Part shown: one piece after another, positions 46,961-52,702 of the stretch | Numbering within the stretch: position 1 is the first letter of the stretch | Layout of the letters: every line of letters begins with the position of its first letter | Assembly: GCA_032718475.1 (NCBI GenBank) | Contig: JAUCBJ010007228.1 | Location: forward strand, 1-52,702 | Length of the DNA stretch: 52,702 nt | Direction: 5' to 3' | Origin: Nemertoderma westbladi | Lineage: Eukaryota > Animalia > Xenacoelomorpha | Notes under the pieces: model-generated | Told to the model about the DNA's origin: nothing | Seen by the model: the letters and a program-made list of their open reading frames with translations, nothing else | Databases searched by the model: none | Made by a program: the position numbers and the translations under genes

Positions 46961-48351
46961 CCCCCCCCCCCCCCCCCCAAAAAAAAAAAAAATCGACAAA
47001 TCTCAATGAGATTGCATGAAATATGAAACAGAGATAGTTTAGTCTTCCTCCTCCTTCGTGGATGAGCCAGAATTTTTATTTTCGCTTTTAATCTTTAGCT
47101 AAAGCTTTTATAAAAGGTATATCCGGCGTTTTTTCACCATAGTTACACTGTTAGTTTGTTATTCTTCAACCATATAGTCATAGTTGGTACTGCTAGAAAG
47201 CTGGACTTGCCGGTAAAAAGCCGGTAAAAACTTTGAAAAATAGAGATATGAACTTTCAAAAGTTGTATGGTGTTAACTGCGCGAGGCTATTTTATTATAT
47301 TTAATAAAAGCACCATATTCCAGAACATTTTGTTTATGTATGAATAGCTACGTAATAGTGCGCTACTATGTTTTGTACACACACACCCCCATAAATTAAA
47401 AAAAATTAGTTTTTGTTACTTTTTTTTATGTTCTAGAACATATTGTCTATTCATTTTTTATTAATTTTGTTCTAGAACAAATAATTGTTATTCTTAATTA
47501 TGTTTTTTTTGTTGTTATCATCGCTAGTTTTTCTTACTTTTTTTTTAAATGTTCTACAACATAATTCTCTATTCATTTTTGTAAAAAGTGATATGTTCTA
47601 GAACAAACTTTTTTTCCTAGAACATTTAACAAAATTTGTTTTTTGTGGTGTTTTTTATTTGATTGTTTTTATAAAAAATTACTAACAACTACAAATTTTC
47701 ATTGTAGCTATAGTGATCGTGATTTTATTAAATATGTGATACAAAGATAACATACAATATAAAATTAACAAAATTAACAAATTAGCTAGTTTTTTTGGTT
47801 TTTTTGTTCTAGAACAAAAAATATTTTTCCTAGAACAAAATTTTTACATTGAATGAATAAATAACATGTTCTAGAACCATTTTTAAAAAAAGTAACAAAA
47901 ACTAGCTAGTATAAAAATTTTGGAGGGGTGTGTCCAAAAGATAGTAGTGCCGTAATAGTAGGATTAAAGAGGTATAGCGATTAGACGTATTTTATGAACT
48001 AAATGTTCCAGAATATGATGCATTTATTAAATTGAATAAATGGCCTGCAGGGGAAGCAAATACATACAAATTTGGAACGCCCATAATCAGCTATTTCACA
48101 ACCAAATTCAAATATTTTTATATATTTGGACGGCCAGCTTCTACTAGTATCAACAAAACACTAAGATTGAAGAATAACTGCAGTACGACTGGTGAAATAT
48201 CGACGGAGACACATTTTTCAAACGTTGGTAACTAAAGACTAAAAGCAAAAATAACAATTCTAGCTCACCTACTAAGGAGTAGGGACGTGAAATGTTTCAA
48301 ATTTCATGCAATCTTAATACGATTTGTAGAAGGGGGGGGGGGGGGGGGGGG
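46961..48351. mobile_element. Old 1.4-kb foldback MITE bounded by poly-C and poly-G
   Basis: agattgcatgaaat (47010) vs atttcatgcaatct (48301); inner arms 47295-47400 vs 47915-48030; many gttctagaac palindromes. Confidence 0.7.
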
Positions 48352-50617
48352 CATTGTGTATCAAGCGAAATAGGTTTTATAATTATGATTATAATATTCT
48401 AGAACATTAAATAACCTTTGGATACCATCAGCGCTACAAAGAAGTTTTTTGTCAAACTTGTTACTGAATTTGACAAAAGAAGCGACTTACAACAAATAAA
48501 AATAATTTATTTCTAAAATAATCGTAATTTATTCAAATAAATTATTTATAGTACTTACGATTTTACCTTCTACCTTTTATATATCAACTTCATAATTTCC
48601 AATTCAAATTAAGAATCAGTTGGGTTTGAAACAAAACTAAATATTTTTTGCAAGTTGTTTGATGTTTGAAAGATACAGAATATTCATAACCCGCAAAGTA
48701 ATACAATCCACAGCTTATTTATTATGCCCTGGGTAGCCTCGATTTTATTATGGTAATTGAATGGCCTATATATTACCTACCAAATGTTATTTGTTATTGT
48801 TATAGAACAACGCAATAGATCAAATAGAAAAACATGATATTCTAACTGAGTGATTATTTTGTTCTGACTGAATGGAATTGAATGCCATTAATTACTATAT
48901 GGAACGTGAATCACTGGTAAAGTCGAATGGGGTAAGTTTTAACCCGTGGGTCGGTAGTGGGTCGGTAGTGATCATCATGTTCCAACTTTTGACATCCGAC
49001 ATATGGCATGCAAGAGGACTGTGATTGGTTGGTTTGGGTTAAAATGTTAATTAAATATGAGACGCATCTTATATTTTTTAACGAATAACTTATGCCGTAC
49101 CAATTACACACGGGAGCTGTAATTTAGACATAAAAACTAAAAACGACTTTCAATATGTTTTCCAATATAAAATATACTAGCTAACACAACATCAAAATTA
49201 CTAGCTGCCATCTTACTGTCATAAGATAACATTTTTTTTCTGGAACAAAATAATTTAGGTAAAAGCCCATTTACACGTGGCATCTTTTAGAACAACTTTC
49301 TCGGCAACTTGTAGAGCAACCCAGGTTGCCGATCAAGTTGCTCCATGTAAACACGCAAAAAGTTGCCGTAAAGTTTATCAACTTTACGGCAACTTGAAGG
49401 AATTTGCGTTGGCGAATTAAAGCGGGATAATCAAATTAAATTAAATGGCTAGAGTTCCGTATGCAGTCGTATTTGATATTTTGAAATTAATTAATAAAAT
49501 TACGTACTTTTGCATGTAATAACTGACTGAATTACCACTAAATTCATTGCAACATTTTTCAAAAAAAATATTTTGTTCTAGAACATTACTGTAGCTAATC
49601 GACTAGCTAGTAATTTGTGTTTTATTTTTTTGATACATGATTTATTATATATTACGGTAGGCCCTACATTTTTTTTAAATTTCTAAAAATACTGCATCTT
49701 TTTGTGTTCTAGAACATTAGCAGATATGTTTTTTATGGTAGCTAGTGTTTTTTACTAGCTAGTATCTTTTTTAATTATAAAAAAATGTGAAAACATTGAT
49801 ATTTCAGGTTAAAACTTTTGCAGAATATCTTAATTACCAAAAGTATTGATGATACAGTATTATAGCAGTGGTGATTATGATAACAATGATTTATGTTATA
49901 AAAATGTAGTTTTTTTTTATTACTAGCCATTTTAAATATGAAAAATGGCTAGCTATACTGTATGTTATAGAACATTATTTTTTTTATTTTATTTATGATC
50001 TAGAATAGTGTAAAATAATTATATTTTGTTCTAGAACTCTACAATGTTGACCTGGTAACAATGATTTATGTTTTAAAATGCGACTGCATACGGAACTGTT
50101 CCCAATTAAATTAAACAGTATTAGTTAAAGCGGTTTTTTGTGAGAAAAATCCAGAAGTCCAATCTTTTCTTGTGATAAATAGCTTTTATCATGGGGTTTT
50201 TGTTCTAGAACAAACGTCATTTTGACAGTAAGATTGTAGCTAGAAATATTGATTTGTGTTAGCTAGTTCTTTTTATTAGCTAGTAAAACAATAAAAATTG
50301 ATCATTTGAAAAAAATTATTGTGAAAATTACTTTTATCATTGCTTTTATTATTTATTAGCTATCATAATAATTTAATTGAAAAATTTTAAAATGTTTAAA
50401 AGTTATTTTATTCATTTTATTTACGTATTATATCCATCTCATGCTCTCTAAATACTAACCAGGAATTTGTCTAAAAAATTTTCTGGAACAACAAATATTT
50501 GTTCTAGAACATAAATTTTTTTCAAAATAAAATGGCTAAATTAAAAAAAAAATAAATTATCAAAAACTAGCTTGTGGATAATATTTGGTGAGGGGTGTAC
50601 GAATACTGAACCAGTAC

Positions 50618-50693
50618 CAAGGTGTACTAAATAACTTATAAGTTATTTATTTATTTAATTTTATTTATTTAATAAGTTATTTAGTACACCTTG
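50618..50693. mobile_element. 76-bp mini-element with 22-bp TIRs and an 8-bp TSD (P-like termini)
   Basis: caaggtgtactaaataacttat / ataagttatttagtacaccttg, flanked by accagtac at 50610-50617 and 50694-50701. Confidence 0.8.
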
Positions 50694-50701
50694 ACCAGTA
50701 C

Positions 50702-51712
50702 TAGAGTTGAAACAGAGACTTGTCACTGATCTCTGATCTCTGGATTCTCCGGGCAGTTTTTTGGTCTCCGGATAGGTCTCTGGTTCCCGAGTATTGAAAA
50801 CAGACATTTTACCCAGAGATCAGTGATTTGACAAATTAGAAAAAGATATTTAAAAATAGATCCTGAACAACACAAAATGTGAAATGAAGATTATTTTTCA
50901 CAAATTTTTTACAATTATTTTTTTAATTTTTAACTATTTCTCCTACACCACTTCAACACTTCACATTATTATTCACTTTTACACTATTTCTAATAAATGT
51001 ACCGATAATCTTCTCATTAATTAATTTAAGGTGCGTTTAATTTTAAGTTAAATTAGCACCTAAAGATGGTTCTTATTTAAGGATAAGGGCGCCTAATTTG
51101 AGCACTCATAATGTTTAAAAGTGAAAGAAAGGGCTGTTCTCCATTCAATTTGTTATAGGATAGATAATACTGTATGACGACAAAATGGAGAGAACGAGCG
51201 TAACGAGGCTTGTATATGGGGCGAGTAGAGCACTATTATACCTGTGCACTAAATATTCGTAAATGACCAAGTTTATAGTACATTGAAATGTACATATGAT
51301 TTGAACAATTGTAAAATAATTGCCTTTAATTAACAAAGTACCGGTACCTATGGCGCAAAACAAATTTATGTAACATATTACTAACAATAACAAAATAAGA
51401 ACGAATTAATAAACAAATAATAACCAAATTAATATTAATGAAGCCCCCCAAACTGTACGTGCGCTTATTTTCTTACAATGGGTAAGGGTTGAAATGGGTC
51501 GGATTTACGTTACTGTAATTGAACCATAGAAAAATAGTTCTCAGTCTGTATGTGTACCTGTTTGTGCTATAGGGGAGTAATCAAATTGTAAGTACAAAAA
51601 TAAGCAAAGTCTCTGATCTCTGGCTCTGGTCTCCGGTATTTTTTAAAATAATTATCCGGGTAGGGCTCTGGTTCACCGGGATTAAGAAAAACAGGTCTCT
51701 GTTTCAACTCTG
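50702..51712. mobile_element. hAT-type MITE
   Basis: TIRs tagagttgaaacagagac / gtctctgtttcaactctg; 8-bp TSD accagtac at 50694-50701 and 51713-51720. Confidence 0.88.
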
Positions 51713-52324
51713 ACCAGTACCCACTATTTTACAGTCAAACTAGCCAAGTTGCTCTAAACGGTAGCGGCCAAGTTGCTGGAAAGTTGCCACGTGTAAACAG
51801 CGATTAAATTAAGTTGCTCGAAAAAGAGTTGCTAGTTGCCGAGAAAGTTGCTCTTAAAGTTGCCACGGTAACAGGCCCTAAGAAATCATCAACATAAACA
51901 AATTACCCAATTAATGTACCTTTTAGTTTGTGTAATGTTTCATTATTATTTATATCCGTTCCAGAACGTCTATCACGTTTCCTAGGAGATCGTCTAGATA
52001 GCAGTTTTGTCCCACCTAGCGGCGGTAGGCTGCCTTGGTAACTGGCTTCCACGCCACGTAGATCGACTATTGTTACAACACGCGCCGCCTGCAGGATAAA
52101 CAGCGAGGGTTAAGGAAACCGGAACCCGATGCTGCGACCGCTGCACTACAGCAGTCCATTTAAACTGGAATGTTTATAGAACCAAAGGAACTTCGAATGA
52201 AGATGAATGACAGTGTGAGTGGCCTCAGTAAATCTGTGCAGAGAATATGGTCATAATGAAGGTCAATACTTACAATACTTATACTGTAGCTCTACGGTGT
52301 ATGAAGGTCGCAGTACGGTATTGG

Positions 52325-52677
52325 TGAAAAATATCGAGAGTAAAAATATCGAGAGTAAAATTATCGAGAGTAAAAATATCGAGAGTAAAATTATCGAGAG
52401 TAAAAATATCGAGAGTAGAAATATCGAGAGTCAAAATATCGACAGTAAAAATATCGCAAGAGTGAAAAATATCGAGAGTAAAATATCGAGAGTAAAAATA
52501 TCGAGAGTCAAAATATCGACAGTAAAATTATCGACAGTAAAAATATCGAGAGTCAAAATATCGACAGTAAAAATATCGAGCTTAGAAATATCGAAAATAT
52601 CGAGAGTCAAAATATCGACAGTAAAATATCGCAAGATGAAAAATATCGTAAATATCGAGAGTAAAAATATCGAGAGA
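52325..52677. repeat. 15-bp tandem repeat, possibly the subterminal array of another DNA transposon
   Basis: aaaatatcgagagta repeated more than 20 times. Confidence 0.88.
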
Positions 52678-52702
52678 TGAATGAATGAAAATTCATGAAG
52701 TC

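Larger units (their letters stand above)
49263..51879. mobile_element. PIF/Harbinger-like non-autonomous element containing nested MITEs
   Basis: gcccatttacacgtggcatcttttagaacaactttctcggcaact vs agttgccgagaaagttgctcttaaagttgccacggtaacaggccc; TAA-like flanks; ends approximate. Confidence 0.6.

Noticed and set aside
52219-52680. 153-aa repeat protein (SKNIE)n
   Set aside because: Stop-free by virtue of the 15-bp repeat; the frame switches mid-array.

Overview
This is repeat-dense eukaryotic DNA, most likely from an invertebrate animal; it is not prokaryotic and has no CRISPR array or rRNA. The one clear host gene is an intact, apparently intronless anion-selective Cys-loop channel subunit (22823-23962, minus). 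Most of the rest is nested mobile DNA. (1) Two diverged, head-to-head copies of an unclassified LTR-like element. (2) Between them, a 299-bp foldback enclosing a minimal type I hammerhead ribozyme. (3) A young Bel/Pao element (near-identical LTRs, TAAAC TSD) that keeps only gag and protease and carries a 3'-truncated RTE-X-like LINE. (4) A decayed Polinton/Maverick packaging ATPase that the ORF track misses. (5) A CRE-clade non-LTR element whose RT is split by an in-frame Pro-rich repeat and a Bel solo LTR. (6) A Penelope-like element. (7) A MULE nested in a Tc1/mariner-type MITE. (8) hAT-, P- and Harbinger-like MITEs, tRNA-derived SINE heads and several minisatellites. All assignments come from reading motifs by eye; no searches were run.
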